From the NCBI RefSeq assembly GCF_003334815.1, contig NZ_QOWO01000002.1: a stretch of 64,000 nucleotides of DNA; one strand, 5' to 3'. This document shows positions 10,716 to 22,205 of the stretch, one piece after another. A model generated the notes under the pieces. The model worked only from the letters and a program-made list of their open reading frames with translations. It did not search any database and was not told the DNA's origin. The DNA comes from Escherichia coli (GTDB lineage: Bacteria; Pseudomonadota; Gammaproteobacteria; Enterobacterales; Enterobacteriaceae). The translations under genes and the position numbers were made by a program. The first letter of the stretch is position 1. Each line of letters starts with the position of its first letter.

Positions 10716-12831
10716 TCTGGCGTTGCAGACGACCAATCTCAGGCAGTAATGCAATCAATAATCCAACTTGTTGTACGACCAGAGGTTCTTTGCTGTCTGC
10801 CCGTGGTTCAAGTTGCTGCATCCGCTGTTTCAGGCTAGCTAATGCCTCATTGACGCGTTCTTCATCAGCAGGTTGATGATGTAACGCGTCATCAACATAG
10901 CAAACTGCGTCATCAAGAAACGCCAGAATTTCAGGATTAGTTAACTGCTCCCGGTGAGCACCGAGGGCTGAGATATAGCTGGTAAACGTATGGTTAAGGC
11001 ACAGCAACCGAAACGCGGCTTCGCGAATTTGCGGGGTAACGTTCGGCTCGCTGGACATATTTGATACCACCGACGCCAGCTCAGCATCACGGTTGTGTGC
11101 ATCGCGGCGGGCAATACGATACGCCAGACGGTTATCACGCCCCTGATGGTATTGCTCCAGTATGGCATCGAGATACCGACAGTTGGCCTCTGTGGCGCGT
11201 TCGAGCATGCGCGGCAGATTGCGAAACTGCCAGTCAGGCCAGATGTAGCTCACTGCCGCCCACGCAATGGCACAACCAATCAGCGTATCGATTACGCGAG
11301 GTAACGCTACTTCAAAACCTTCACCCAGTAAGTTAAAACACAGTAGCACCAAAAGTGTGATGAACATCGTTGCATGAGCGTATTGCACGTTACGGAAGGC
11401 AAAAAAGAGCACGCCGGTAATAACCAGCAGCACCAGCTGCCCTTCCAGTGATGGCACAAACCACAGCACAGGAATGCCAATGGCGATACCTACCAGCGTA
11501 CCAATAATCCTTAACTTCAGGCGGTGGCGCGTGGCGTTATAGTTTGGCTGGCAGACAAACAAACTTGTCAGCAAGATCCAATACCCGTGATGCATTCCGG
11601 TTATCTGAATGATGGCGTAGCCGAAGCACAACACCAGCGACATTCTTACCGCATGACGGAAGAGGGCGGATTCCGGCGTGAAGTGACGGCTAAGACGCAG
11701 CCAGATATCACTCAACCCGTGCGGGCTGTCATCAGCGAGCTCATTTTCGTCATTATTATGGGGTAGTGCCTGGGCCTGTTCTGATTCAATTGTTGCCAGT
11801 TGGGCATCAATGGCGCGTAAATTGTTCAGCAAAAATCCCAGTGTTTTGAGTAAATCGGCGGGTGCGCCGTTATCGCGCATCCGCTCCAGCGCAGCATCAA
11901 TATGCGTAAAAGCGCGCTCAAAATGCGGATCATGTTGATAAGGCTGACGCAACAAAATACAGCGTGACAGTTGCTGGCACGCCTGGCCCTGCATCGACAT
12001 CAGCCGCTGAAAACGGAACAGCACGTCGCTGTGGCGAAAATGTTCACGCAATGTTTGATACTGAATATGAGAAGAGCTGGCACGCTCGTGAATATCCTGT
12101 GCGACAAAGTAATAATGCAGCGTGCGACGCGTTCCCCGTTGACCACGATCGCCACGTAAGCGGGTCAGCAGCGAGAGTTTCGTCTGATTCAATGTCGCCA
12201 TCAGCAGACCGTTGGCGAGAGCCAAATCGTACAGCGGTGCCTGGCTTTGATCTTCAATATCAGGATCAAACATGCGCGACTTGAGCTCAAGATAACGCGC
12301 CAGTTGTTCATAGCAACGCGCCAGGTTGTCCTGCAGCGGGCGGACCGGGAACAGCAGATGACCAATAAGTGTCAGGACGTTGTACCAGACGGCACCGGCC
12401 AGCAGATACATCGGCTGCTGATACCAGTGCTCATACAGTGATGTTCCCAACATAGTGTAAATGGCGATCAGCAATGCACCGAAGGCAATTGTTGCATAGC
12501 GTTGACCCAGACCGCCGAGCAAAATGAAGCCGCTGGTAGAGAGCGTTAAGCCAATCGCAAATAGCCAGGGCCAGGGAAACAGCAATTCTACTGAGGCCGA
12601 GGCGATAAAAAAGCAGAACAGCGTAATGATGAGGTTACGCAAACGTCCCGCCAGTCGGTCATCGAGATCGGTCAGCGCCGCTGCCACCATCCCCAGCGTT
12701 AGCGGAATCGTCAGTTTTACATCACCCAGCCACCACGGAAACGCTGTGGTTCCACAAAGCGCAATAAAAATACGCGCGTAATACAGCCAGGCGCTGTTCC
12801 AGGTATAGCGTTTGAGCAAAGGACTTAGCAT
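10678..12831 (-). CDS. yccS: Inner membrane protein YccS (717 aa if start at 12831; an in-frame ATG at 12840 would give 720 aa)
   Basis: Long polytopic membrane ORF; two in-frame ATGs 9 nt apart, start choice not resolvable from sequence alone. Confidence 0.88.
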   Translation of the reverse strand: MLSPLLKRYTWNSAWLYYARIFIALCGTTAFPWWLGDVKLTIPLTLGMVAAALTDLDDRLAGRLRNLIITLFCFFIASASVELLFPWPWLFAIGLTLSTSGFILLGGLGQRYATIAFGALLIAIYTMLGTSLYEHWYQQPMYLLAGAVWYNVLTLIGHLLFPVRPLQDNLARCYEQLARYLELKSRMFDPDIEDQSQAPLYDLALANGLLMATLNQTKLSLLTRLRGDRGQRGTRRTLHYYFVAQDIHERASSSHIQYQTLREHFRHSDVLFRFQRLMSMQGQACQQLSRCILLRQPYQHDPHFERAFTHIDAALERMRDNGAPADLLKTLGFLLNNLRAIDAQLATIESEQAQALPHNNDENELADDSPHGLSDIWLRLSRHFTPESALFRHAVRMSLVLCFGYAIIQITGMHHGYWILLTSLFVCQPNYNATRHRLKLRIIGTLVGIAIGIPVLWFVPSLEGQLVLLVITGVLFFAFRNVQYAHATMFITLLVLLCFNLLGEGFEVALPRVIDTLIGCAIAWAAVSYIWPDWQFRNLPRMLERATEANCRYLDAILEQYHQGRDNRLAYRIARRDAHNRDAELASVVSNMSSEPNVTPQIREAAFRLLCLNHTFTSYISALGAHREQLTNPEILAFLDDAVCYVDDALHHQPADEERVNEALASLKQRMQQLEPRADSKEPLVVQQVGLLIALLPEIGRLQRQITQVPQETPVSA

Positions 12832-12849
12832 AAAGGCCATATTAGTGGA

Positions 12850-13296
12850 TTATTCAAAACGACGACGTGCATTGGCTTCACGCGCAGCTTGCGCTGTTTC
12901 TACCGATACCACGCGACGACCAACCGGCCATAGTGCAATAGCGGCAATTTTAAAGTTCGCAATGCCGACAGGAATGCCAATGATTGAAATACATTGTGCG
13001 ATGCCCGTTGCAATGTGCATCAGGCATAACCACCAGCCAAAGAAAATCAGCCAGAAAATATTCAATACCGTACCGCCAGTATTCAGCAGCACATTTTTGC
13101 CAGCCGGGTTCAGTTCATCGACATGAATAGCTTCATTGCCATAAGGCACCAGAGACAGTTTAGTGATCTCCCAGCAGGATCGTGTCAGCGGTAAGGTAAA
13201 AATCAGCACAATACTGACCAGAGTCGCCAACAGCCAGCCCAGAGTGGTGGCAAATCCGCCAAGCACAAAGTTCAGAATGTTCAAAACGGTACGCAT
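12850..13296 (-). CDS. yccF: Inner membrane protein YccF (148 aa)
   Basis: 148-aa hydrophobic ORF immediately downstream of yccS on the same strand. Confidence 0.9.
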   Translation of the reverse strand: MRTVLNILNFVLGGFATTLGWLLATLVSIVLIFTLPLTRSCWEITKLSLVPYGNEAIHVDELNPAGKNVLLNTGGTVLNIFWLIFFGWWLCLMHIATGIAQCISIIGIPVGIANFKIAAIALWPVGRRVVSVETAQAAREANARRRFE

Positions 13297-13418
13297 AAAA
13301 CCTCGCTTTACTGTGGTTTTCAGTAATGGGCGGCAATTGTAACGTTTTTTTGGGCTGGAGCACGTTTTCTCTGACGGTTACACTGATAAGAAATAATTTC
13401 GTGTGGATCTACAGAGTC

Positions 13419-15473
13419 ATGGAACTGAAAGCGACAACGCTTGGAAAACGTCTGGCACAGCACCCTTACGATCGGGCGGTGATCCTCAATGCCGGGATTA
13501 AAGTCTCCGGCGATCGCCACGAATACCTTATTCCTTTCAATCAATTACTGGCGATTCACTGTAAGCGCGGTCTGGTATGGGGCGAGCTGGAATTTGTACT
13601 GCCGGACGAAAAAGTGGTGCGTCTGCACGGCACCGAATGGGGCGAGACGCAGCGTTTTTACCATCATCTTGATGCTCACTGGCGGCGGTGGAGTGGCGAG
13701 ATGAGCGAAATTGCGTCTGGTGTTTTACGCCAGCAACTGGATTTGATTGCCACGCGCACTGGGGAAAATAAATGGCTGACGCGTGAGCAAACCTCTGGCG
13801 TGCAGCAACAAATCCGCCAGGCTTTGTCGGCGTTGCCGTTGCCGGTTAACCGACTGGAAGAATTCGATAACTGCCGTGAGGCGTGGCGTAAATGTCAGGC
13901 CTGGTTGAAAGATATTGAAAGCGCTCGGTTGCAGCATAACCAGGCGTATACCGAAGCCATGCTTACCGAGTATGCGGATTTTTTCCGCCAGGTCGAGTCT
14001 TCACCGCTGAATCCGGCGCAGGCCCGGGCAGTCGTTAATGGCGAGCATTCTCTGTTAGTGCTGGCAGGTGCAGGAAGCGGAAAAACGTCGGTGCTGGTGG
14101 CCCGTGCAGGCTGGTTGCTGGCGCGTGGTGAAGCGTCCCCTGAGCAAATTTTATTGCTGGCGTTTGGTCGCAAAGCCGCTGAAGAGATGGACGAGCGGAT
14201 TCGCGAACGGCTACATACCGAAGACATTACCGCACGCACGTTTCATGCGCTGGCGCTGCATATTATTCAGCAGGGCAGCAAAAAAGTTCCGATAGTCAGC
14301 AAACTGGAAAATGATACCGCTGCCCGTCATGAACTCTTTATTGCTGAGTGGCGCAAGCAATGCAGCGAAAAGAAAGCGCAGGCGAAGGGCTGGCGGCAAT
14401 GGCTGACGGAAGAAATGCAGTGGTCAGTGCCAGAAGGTAACTTCTGGGATGATGAAAAATTACAGCGTCGCCTTGCCTCTCGCCTCGATCGCTGGGTAAG
14501 TCTGATGCGGATGCACGGTGGTGCACAGGCAGAAATGATTGCCAGTGCACCCGAAGAGATTCGCGATCTGTTCAGTAAACGTATCAAGTTGATGGCCCCG
14601 TTATTAAAAGCCTGGAAAGGTGCGCTGAAGGCAGAAAACGCTGTCGATTTTTCGGGCCTTATTCATCAGGCGATTGTGATTCTGGAGAAAGGTCGCTTTA
14701 TCAGCCCGTGGAAGCATATTCTGGTTGATGAATTTCAGGATATCTCGCCGCAGCGGGCAGCGTTGTTAGCGGCATTACGCAAGCAAAACAGTCAGACGAC
14801 GTTGTTCGCTGTTGGTGATGACTGGCAGGCGATTTACCGATTCAGCGGTGCGCAAATGTCGCTCACCACCGCTTTCCATGAAAACTTTGGTGAAGGCGAA
14901 CGCTGTGATTTAGACACGACTTACCGTTTTAACAGTCGTATCGGTGAGGTGGCAAACCGGTTTATTCAGCAGAACCCAGGCCAGCTGAAAAAGCCGCTAA
15001 ACAGCTTAACCAATGGAGACAAAAAAGCCGTCACGTTATTGGATGAGAGTCAACTTGACGCTTTGCTGGATAAGCTCTCTGGTTATGCCAAACCGGAAGA
15101 GCGCATTCTGATCCTGGCGCGTTACCATCACATGAGGCCTGCCAGCCTGGAAAAAGCGGCAACACGCTGGCCGAAGTTGCAAATCGACTTTATGACCATT
15201 CATGCCAGCAAAGGGCAACAGGCGGATTACGTCATCATCGTTGGCTTGCAGGAGGGAAGTGATGGTTTTCCGGCTGCGGCGCGGGAGTCGATTATGGAAG
15301 AGGCGCTACTGCCACCGGTTGAGGATTTCCCGGACGCTGAAGAACGGCGGTTAATGTACGTGGCGCTGACCCGGGCACGCCATCGGGTATGGGCACTGTT
15401 TAACAAAGAGAATCCCTCTCCCTTTGTGGAAATACTGAAAAATCTGGATGTGCCGGTGGCGAGAAAACCGTAA
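13419..15473 (+). CDS. helD: DNA helicase IV HelD (684 aa)
   Basis: Translation MELKATTLGKRLAQHPYDR...; UvrD-like Walker A GAGSGKTS; ORF-track upstream extension rejected. Confidence 0.94.
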   Translation: MELKATTLGKRLAQHPYDRAVILNAGIKVSGDRHEYLIPFNQLLAIHCKRGLVWGELEFVLPDEKVVRLHGTEWGETQRFYHHLDAHWRRWSGEMSEIASGVLRQQLDLIATRTGENKWLTREQTSGVQQQIRQALSALPLPVNRLEEFDNCREAWRKCQAWLKDIESARLQHNQAYTEAMLTEYADFFRQVESSPLNPAQARAVVNGEHSLLVLAGAGSGKTSVLVARAGWLLARGEASPEQILLLAFGRKAAEEMDERIRERLHTEDITARTFHALALHIIQQGSKKVPIVSKLENDTAARHELFIAEWRKQCSEKKAQAKGWRQWLTEEMQWSVPEGNFWDDEKLQRRLASRLDRWVSLMRMHGGAQAEMIASAPEEIRDLFSKRIKLMAPLLKAWKGALKAENAVDFSGLIHQAIVILEKGRFISPWKHILVDEFQDISPQRAALLAALRKQNSQTTLFAVGDDWQAIYRFSGAQMSLTTAFHENFGEGERCDLDTTYRFNSRIGEVANRFIQQNPGQLKKPLNSLTNGDKKAVTLLDESQLDALLDKLSGYAKPEERILILARYHHMRPASLEKAATRWPKLQIDFMTIHASKGQQADYVIIVGLQEGSDGFPAAARESIMEEALLPPVEDFPDAEERRLMYVALTRARHRVWALFNKENPSPFVEILKNLDVPVARKP

Positions 15474-15477
15474 GAAA

Positions 15478-15497
15478 CAGGTGGCGTTTGCCACCTG
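15478..15497. terminator. Hairpin between convergent helD and mgsA, likely bidirectional terminator
   Basis: CAGGTGGC-GTTT-GCCACCTG perfect inverted repeat directly after the helD stop. Confidence 0.6.
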
Positions 15498-15504
15498 TGC
15501 AATA

Positions 15505-15963
15505 TTACTTCAGACGGTCCGCGAGATAACGCTGATAATCGGGGATCAGAATATCGACCGCGTCGTTGAAATGCGGCGACTGGATTATGAAGTCTGCCGT
15601 TGCCACGTTGGTGGCGACCGGAATGTTCCATACCGTCGCCAGACGCAGCAAGGCTTTCACGTCAGGATCGTGCGGCACGGCATTTAGTGGATCCCAGAAG
15701 AAAATCAATACATCAATTTTCCCTTCTGAGATCAATGCGCCAACCTGCTGGTCACCCCCCATTGGGCCACTCAACATCGCGTTGACGTTCATGCCGGTCG
15801 CGCGGGAAATTAAGTTACCGGTAGTGCCTGTTGCATACAGTACGTGTTGTTCCAGTAACGGTTGATGCCGTTCCACCCAGCTCATCAGCATTTGTTTGCA
15901 GTGATCGTGTGCCACCAGCGCAATATGTTTCCGCGCAGGTAAAGTGCGAGTCGTCAGTTCCAT
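15505..15963 (-). CDS. mgsA: Methylglyoxal synthase (152 aa)
   Basis: Translation [23 protein letters not shown]... Confidence 0.95.
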
Positions 15964-16023
15964 AATGTACATCCGTAGTTAACTTTCCTACAGATTACTG
16001 TAAGCACTTATCGCTGCAAGATA

Positions 16024-16050
16024 AAGACCGAAAAAGCCTGCGCACAGGCA
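16024..16050 (-). terminator. Putative intrinsic terminator of yccT
   Basis: Short GC hairpin GCCTG-N-CAGGC followed on the minus strand by TTTTTCGGTCTTT. Confidence 0.5.
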
Positions 16051-16058
16051 CAAAAATC

Positions 16059-16721
16059 TCAGGAAGATGGTTGTTTTTCCGCCCACTGCAGGAAAGTATT
16101 TCGCGTTTGTGGGTCAGCCAGTTTAAACCAATACTTCAGCCGTTGTTCTGTGAGCACCTGAGACTGCGGTGGAATAGCATCCAGCTCGGAAACACCCGAA
16201 AGCAGCGTACTGTCATCTGCCATCATCGTGGCAAATTGCGGTAGTGAAGCGCGTTTCGCGGATTTGTTATAGCGTTCAACCTCGACCTCATAATCAATCG
16301 TTTTTGCCGTTGAGGTAATGGCGAGAATATCCAGCTTTACCGGAATCGGCGTCGCATCGCCATCCAACAATTCAAGGCGCGGCGCGGCATCAAAATGGTT
16401 AGCTTCCCGCTCATTCTCCAGGCGAGGCAGGCGAAAATTGACCTGGTTGATGAGCTGGGTATTAAAACTGACCACCAGCGGTGGGGAGATATACAGCCGT
16501 TCTTCACTATTGGAAAGATGAATCGTCTTCTCAACGCGAAACACTAACTGATGCGGTCCATTATCCAGTTCAATGCTGTCCGCACCGCGCAGCAGAGAGC
16601 TGGAAACCTTCTTGCCGTCGAGTACCAGAAGATCGACATCGGTTGAAAGCCGCAGCGTGGTGGCAAAAACGGATACCGGCAAACATAATGCAATCAAGGT
16701 GGTCACGATGCCGGTTTTCAT
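16059..16721 (-). CDS. yccT: Periplasmic protein YccT (220 aa, signal peptide)
   Basis: 220-aa ORF with N-terminal signal peptide [20 protein letters not shown]. Confidence 0.9.
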
Positions 16722-16893
16722 AGGTAGCTCCTGTCAAAAGACCGCCCGAATAATAATGTGTCAAAATTTTTCTTTAATCATACTTACTAACATATAGACA
16801 TATTTCCCGCTTTTGCTCTCATTCATTCGTATTAGCTGCATGGTTGGCATGTCGGCTTTGTCGTACACTTTGTTAAACAGTCTGGAGGAAATA

Positions 16894-17307
16894 ATGAAAG
16901 AAACCGATATTGCAGGCATTTTAACGTCCACTCACACCATTGCGCTGGTGGGGGCAAGCGACAAACCCGATCGTCCCAGCTATCGCGTGATGAAATATCT
17001 ACTCGACCAGGGGTATCACGTCATTCCGGTTTCGCCAAAAGTTGCCGGCAAAACGCTGCTGGGCCAGAAGGGGTATGGCACGCTGGCAGACGTTCCGGAA
17101 AAAGTCGATATGGTCGATGTTTTCCGTAATTCAGAAGCGGCGTGGGGCGTGGCACAGGAAGCTATTGCCATTGGCGCGAAAACCCTCTGGATGCAACTGG
17201 GGGTGATTAATGAGCAAGCGGCAGTACTGGCACGGGATGCCGGGTTAAATGTGGTGATGGATCGCTGCCCGGCTATTGAGATCCCTCGCCTGGGCCTGGC
17301 CAAATAA
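16894..17307 (+). CDS. yccU: CoA-binding domain protein YccU (137 aa)
   Basis: ATG 16894 preceded by GGAGG; translation [31 protein letters not shown]... Confidence 0.9.
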   Translation: MKETDIAGILTSTHTIALVGASDKPDRPSYRVMKYLLDQGYHVIPVSPKVAGKTLLGQKGYGTLADVPEKVDMVDVFRNSEAAWGVAQEAIAIGAKTLWMQLGVINEQAAVLARDAGLNVVMDRCPAIEIPRLGLAK

Positions 17308-17314
17308 AAAATCA

Positions 17315-17345
17315 CCGGAAGGCAAAAACCTTCCGGGGATTTGTT
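17315..17345. terminator. Bidirectional terminator between yccU (+) and hspQ (-)
   Basis: CCGGAAGG-N6-CCTTCCGG hairpin with flanking A-run and T-rich tract. Confidence 0.75.
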
Positions 17346-17351
17346 CAGGGA

Positions 17352-17726
<375 letters not shown>

Positions 17727-18917
17727 TTACATGACGCGACAGGCAAACCCTTTCAGATATAGCCCTTCCGGATAGGTAGCGATCACCGGATGATCGGCTG
17801 CCTGACGGAACTGCTCTATAAATTGTACATCACGACCGGCATCAATTGCGGCATCCGCGATGATTTTCTGAAATAAATCGCTGGTCATCAGACCGGAACA
17901 GGAGAAAGTCAGGAGAATACCGCCTTCATTCAGCAGCTGAATCGCCAGCATGTTGATGTCTTTATAACCACGACACGCGCCCATCAACTGGCTTTTATTC
18001 TCAACAAACTTCGGCGGGTCCATCACGATAACGTCAAATTTTTCACCGCGATCGCGATAAGTACGCAGCAATTTAAAGACATCATCACGGACAAACTCAG
18101 CCTTGCTCAGATCCAGTTTGTTCAGCTCAACGTTCTGCCGTGCAATATCCAGCGCTTCCTGGGAGGTATCAACGCTGACAACCTGGCTGCAACCGCCCAT
18201 CAGTGCCGATACGGCGAAACCACCGGTATAGGAGAAACAGTTCAGCACACGTTTATTTTCAACGTAGCGGCGGGTAGCCAGGCGGCTATCACGCTGGTCC
18301 AGGTAGTAGCCCGTTTTGTGTCCGTGCTGAATATCCACCAGCAGTTTCATTCCGTGTTCTTCAATCGGCAGCAGGGCAGGTGGCAACTCGCCGGTGACGG
18401 GGCCCTGGGTCAGCTCCATTCCTTCTTTTTTACGTACCGCGACGTCGCTGCGATCGTAAATCGAACATTCCGGGTACAGCGTTTGCAGGGCACTAATTAA
18501 TGCCGCGCGCTGATATTCTGCCCCAGCACTCAGCAGTTGCAGCACCAGAAAATTACCGAAACGATCGATAGTAATACCCGGCAGGCCATCAGATTCTCCG
18601 GCGATTAAACGATAGCTGTCGAGGCCATCTTTTTGCGCCAGCCAGTCACGCCATTTTTGTGCTTGTTGCAAACGGCGGGAAAAAAAAGCAATGTCGATAG
18701 ACTCAGACGGGTCAAACGTCCAGACGCGCGCCCGGATTTGCGAAGCTGGCGAATAAGCGCCGCGTGCTAACCATTTTCCCTGATGATCAACAATATCGAT
18801 GGTTTCACCGAGGCTGGCTTTACCTTCCATGCGGGCAACGGCCCCGGAAAAGACCCACGGATGGCGACGAAGTAATGATTTTTCGCGCCCTTTGGCTAAC
18901 ACTAAACGTACACTCAT
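17727..18917 (-). CDS. rlmI: 23S rRNA m5C1962 methyltransferase RlmI (396 aa)
   Basis: 396-aa ORF with PUA-like N-terminus and SAM-dependent methyltransferase core. Confidence 0.93.
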
Positions 18918-19011
18918 AATTTACTTTTCTGTCGATGCAAAGAAATGGGCGTCATTGTCCGGAGTTTTCCATGGATTTGCAACGCGTCCATTAAGGATAA
19001 GGAGAGCAGCA

Positions 19012-19290
19012 ATGTCGAAAGTCTGCATAATTGCCTGGGTTTACGGGCGAGTTCAGGGCGTAGGATTTCGCTACACCACACAGTACGAAGCGAAAAGACT
19101 GGGTTTAACCGGGTACGCCAAAAATCTTGACGATGGCAGCGTGGAAGTGGTTGCTTGCGGTGAAGAAGGGCAGGTGGAAAAATTAATGCAGTGGTTAAAG
19201 AGTGGCGGCCCGCGTTCTGCGCGTGTAGAACGGGTGCTCAGCGAGCCGCATCATCCCTCGGGGGAATTAACCGATTTTCGTATCCGTTAA
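19012..19290 (+). CDS. yccX: Acylphosphatase YccX (92 aa)
   Basis: Translation [23 protein letters not shown]... with acylphosphatase signature. Confidence 0.92.
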
Positions 19291-19616
19291 ATACATTTTA
19301 CCGGTTTTGGCAGGCCAGCAATTTTGGTGGCTTGCTTAGCCGGACCTTTCGGAAACAGTCGGTATAAATAGCGGCTGTTACCTTTTTCTTCGCCAAATTT
19401 ATTCGCCATCGCTTTTACCAGCATACGAATCGCCGGAGAAGTATTGAATTCCAGATAGAAATCACGCACAAAACGCACCACTTCCCAGTGTTCCGGTGAC
19501 AGCGAAATCCCTTCGTTCTCTGCAATCACCACAGCCAGCGGCTCACTCCACTGGCTGCTTTCTTTGAGATAGCCTTCGGTATCCGTTTCTATCTCTTTAC
19601 CTTCGAAGATCAGCAT
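19287..19616 (-). CDS. tusE: Sulfur relay protein TusE (109 aa)
   Basis: Translation [20 protein letters not shown]...; stop codon overlaps yccX stop in a shared TTAA. Confidence 0.92.
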
Positions 19617-19706
19617 AATTATTACTACCTTAATCAGACTGGCGGCAGTGTAACAAAAAACAAAGCCCCGCATAAAGCGAGGCTATGAAAGTGTTAGCGG
19701 GTGAGA

Positions 19707-20366
19707 TTAATCGCGGCTAGCGAAGCCCAGAATGCTCAGCAGGCTGACGAAGATGTTGTACAGCGAAACATACAGGCTAACCGTGGCACGAATATAGTTC
19801 GTCTCACCGCCATGAATGATGTTGCTGGTTTCAAACAAGATAGCGCCAGAGGAGATCAGAATGAAGACCGCGCTGATCGCCAGATGCAGAGCAGGCAGCT
19901 GCAGGAAGATATTCGCAACCATACCAATCAGCACCACCACAATACCCGCCATCAGCATACCGCCGAGGAACGACATATCTTTGCGGGTGGTCAGCACATA
20001 TGCAGAGCAGCAGAAGAACACTAACGCCGTTCCGCCCAGTGCCATAGCGATTACGTCACCCATTCCGGCAGACAGATAGGTGTTCAGAATAGGTCCGAGG
20101 ATATAACCCAGAAAACCGGTAAAGGCGAATGCGGAGATAATCCCGGTCGGCTTATTCGCCGTTTTATAGGTCAGGAACATCAAACCATACATACCCACCA
20201 GCGTCAGAATCAGACCCGGAGATGGCAGCATCAGCACCGTACTGGCAGTTGCGGTAATCGCCGAAAAGGCCAGCGTCAGGCTCAGCAGAAAATAGGTATT
20301 ACGCAGCACCTTATGGGTGCTAAGCAGTGATGTACGGTCATGTGAAGAACTAACAATACGATCCAT
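19707..20366 (-). CDS. yccA: Bax-inhibitor-1 family membrane protein, FtsH modulator YccA (219 aa)
   Basis: 219-aa seven-TM ORF recognised as YccA. Confidence 0.93.
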   Translation of the reverse strand: MDRIVSSSHDRTSLLSTHKVLRNTYFLLSLTLAFSAITATASTVLMLPSPGLILTLVGMYGLMFLTYKTANKPTGIISAFAFTGFLGYILGPILNTYLSAGMGDVIAMALGGTALVFFCCSAYVLTTRKDMSFLGGMLMAGIVVVLIGMVANIFLQLPALHLAISAVFILISSGAILFETSNIIHGGETNYIRATVSLYVSLYNIFVSLLSILGFASRD

Positions 20367-20527
20367 TGAGTCACTCTCTATGACAGATGTAATTAATTAA
20401 GCAGCATAATGATAATGCGTAAGGGCACCCAGAAGTTTTACCCATCTTTACGCATTTGATCTGGAACAGGTTTAACAGCGGATTATCAGGTCATTAAGCA
20501 AATATAACGCCCTGAGAATTTCGACAG

Positions 20528-20562
20528 GCAAAAGAAAAAGGGGTTAGCATTTAGCTAACCCC
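20528..20562 (-). terminator. Intrinsic terminator of serT
   Basis: GGGGTTAGC-N-GCTAACCCC hairpin followed on the minus strand by TTTTTCTTTT, 10 nt after the tRNA 3' end. Confidence 0.85.
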
Positions 20563-20572
20563 TTATCTTATT

Positions 20573-20660
20573 TGGCGGAAGCGCAGAGATTCGAACTCTG
20601 GAACCCTTTCGGGTCGCCGGTTTTCAAGACCGGTGCCTTCAACCGCTCGGCCACACTTCC
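20573..20660 (-). tRNA. serT: tRNA-Ser (anticodon UGA), 88 nt with long variable arm and encoded CCA
   Basis: Minus-strand sequence GGAAGTGTGGCCGAGCGGTTGAAGGCACCGGTCTTGAAAACCGG...GTTCGAATCTCTGCGCTTCCGCCA; anticodon loop CUUGAAA. Confidence 0.97.
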
Positions 20661-21086
20661 GGAATGACGCGCACTATAAACATCCCGATGCGGCGTGTAA
20701 ACCCCTAATTTGTTTGTTTGCCTGAAAAACAGCCAAAAGTGCATTGATAGCGTGAAATAACAGCAGATTGATCATTTCATCACCATGAATTCCTTCTCTT
20801 TTACTCGTTTAGCAACCGGCTAAACATCCCCACCGCCCGGCCAAAAGAAAAATAGGTCCATTTTTATCGCTAAAAGATAAATCCACACAGTTTGTATTGT
20901 TTTGTGCAAAAGTTTCACTACGCTTTATTAACAATACTTTCTGGCGACGTGCGCCAGTGCAGAAGGATGAGCTTTCGTTTTCAGCATCTCACGTGAAGCG
21001 ATGGTTTGCCTTGCTACAGGGACGTCGCTTGCCGACCATAAGCGCCCGGTGTCCTGCCGGTGTCGCAAGGAGGAGAGACGTGCGAT

Positions 21087-22205
21087 ATGAATAACGAGGA
21101 AACATTTTACCAGGCCATGCGGCGTCAGGGCGTTACCCGGCGCAGCTTTCTCAAATATTGTAGTCTGGCTGCCACGTCGCTGGGATTAGGCGCGGGAATG
21201 GCACCAAAGATTGCCTGGGCGCTGGAGAACAAACCGCGCATTCCGGTGGTATGGATCCACGGTCTGGAATGCACCTGCTGTACCGAATCTTTTATCCGCT
21301 CCGCTCACCCACTGGCGAAGGACGTCATCCTTTCCCTGATTTCCCTCGATTACGACGATACTTTGATGGCTGCCGCCGGAACCCAGGCGGAAGAAGTCTT
21401 TGAAGACATCATCACGCAATACAATGGCAAATATATCCTCGCAGTAGAAGGTAATCCGCCGCTGGGCGAGCAGGGGATGTTCTGTATCAGCAGCGGTCGA
21501 CCGTTTATTGAGAAACTCAAACGTGCCGCTGCCGGAGCCAGCGCGATTATCGCCTGGGGAACCTGCGCGTCCTGGGGCTGCGTGCAGGCCGCGCGACCCA
21601 ATCCGACGCAGGCAACGCCTATCGACAAAGTCATCACCGACAAACCCATTATCAAAGTACCTGGCTGCCCGCCGATCCCGGATGTGATGAGCGCCATCAT
21701 TACTTACATGGTGACCTTTGATCGCTTGCCAGATGTCGACAGAATGGGCCGTCCGCTGATGTTCTATGGTCAGCGAATCCACGATAAATGCTATCGCCGC
21801 GCCCACTTCGACGCCGGAGAGTTCGTCCAGAGTTGGGATGATGACGCTGCCCGCAAAGGTTACTGCCTGTACAAAATGGGCTGCAAAGGGCCTACCACCT
21901 ATAACGCCTGTTCCTCCACACGCTGGAATGATGGCGTTTCTTTCCCAATCCAGTCTGGTCACGGCTGCCTGGGCTGTGCGGAAAATGGTTTCTGGGATCG
22001 CGGTTCGTTCTACAGCCGCGTGGTCGATATTCCGCAAATGGGTACTCATTCCACCGCCGATACCGTCGGTTTAACCGCGCTTGGCGTGGTGGCAGCGGCT
22101 GTTGGTGTGCACGCAGTCGCCAGCGCCGTTGACCAGCGCAGACGTCATAACCAGCAACCTACAGAAACCGAACATCAGCCAGGCAATGAGGATAAACAGG
22201 CATGA
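21087..22205 (+). CDS. hyaA: Hydrogenase 1 small subunit HyaA (372 aa, Tat signal)
   Basis: Translation [29 protein letters not shown]... with twin-arginine motif RRSFLK. Confidence 0.96.
   Translation: MNNEETFYQAMRRQGVTRRSFLKYCSLAATSLGLGAGMAPKIAWALENKPRIPVVWIHGLECTCCTESFIRSAHPLAKDVILSLISLDYDDTLMAAAGTQAEEVFEDIITQYNGKYILAVEGNPPLGEQGMFCISSGRPFIEKLKRAAAGASAIIAWGTCASWGCVQAARPNPTQATPIDKVITDKPIIKVPGCPPIPDVMSAIITYMVTFDRLPDVDRMGRPLMFYGQRIHDKCYRRAHFDAGEFVQSWDDDAARKGYCLYKMGCKGPTTYNACSSTRWNDGVSFPIQSGHGCLGCAENGFWDRGSFYSRVVDIPQMGTHSTADTVGLTALGVVAAAVGVHAVASAVDQRRRHNQQPTETEHQPGNEDKQA

Noticed and set aside
20367-21086. serT tRNA locus as a possible genomic-island integration site
   Set aside because: Both flanks continue directly into core genes (yccA, hyaA); no integrase, direct repeat of the tRNA 3' end or foreign cargo within the 720-bp spacer.
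21186-22049. 287-aa minus-strand ORF antisense to hyaA
   Set aside because: Lies entirely inside the well-supported hyaA coding region; long antisense ORFs are expected in GC-rich genes with codon-position bias; no start or RBS context.
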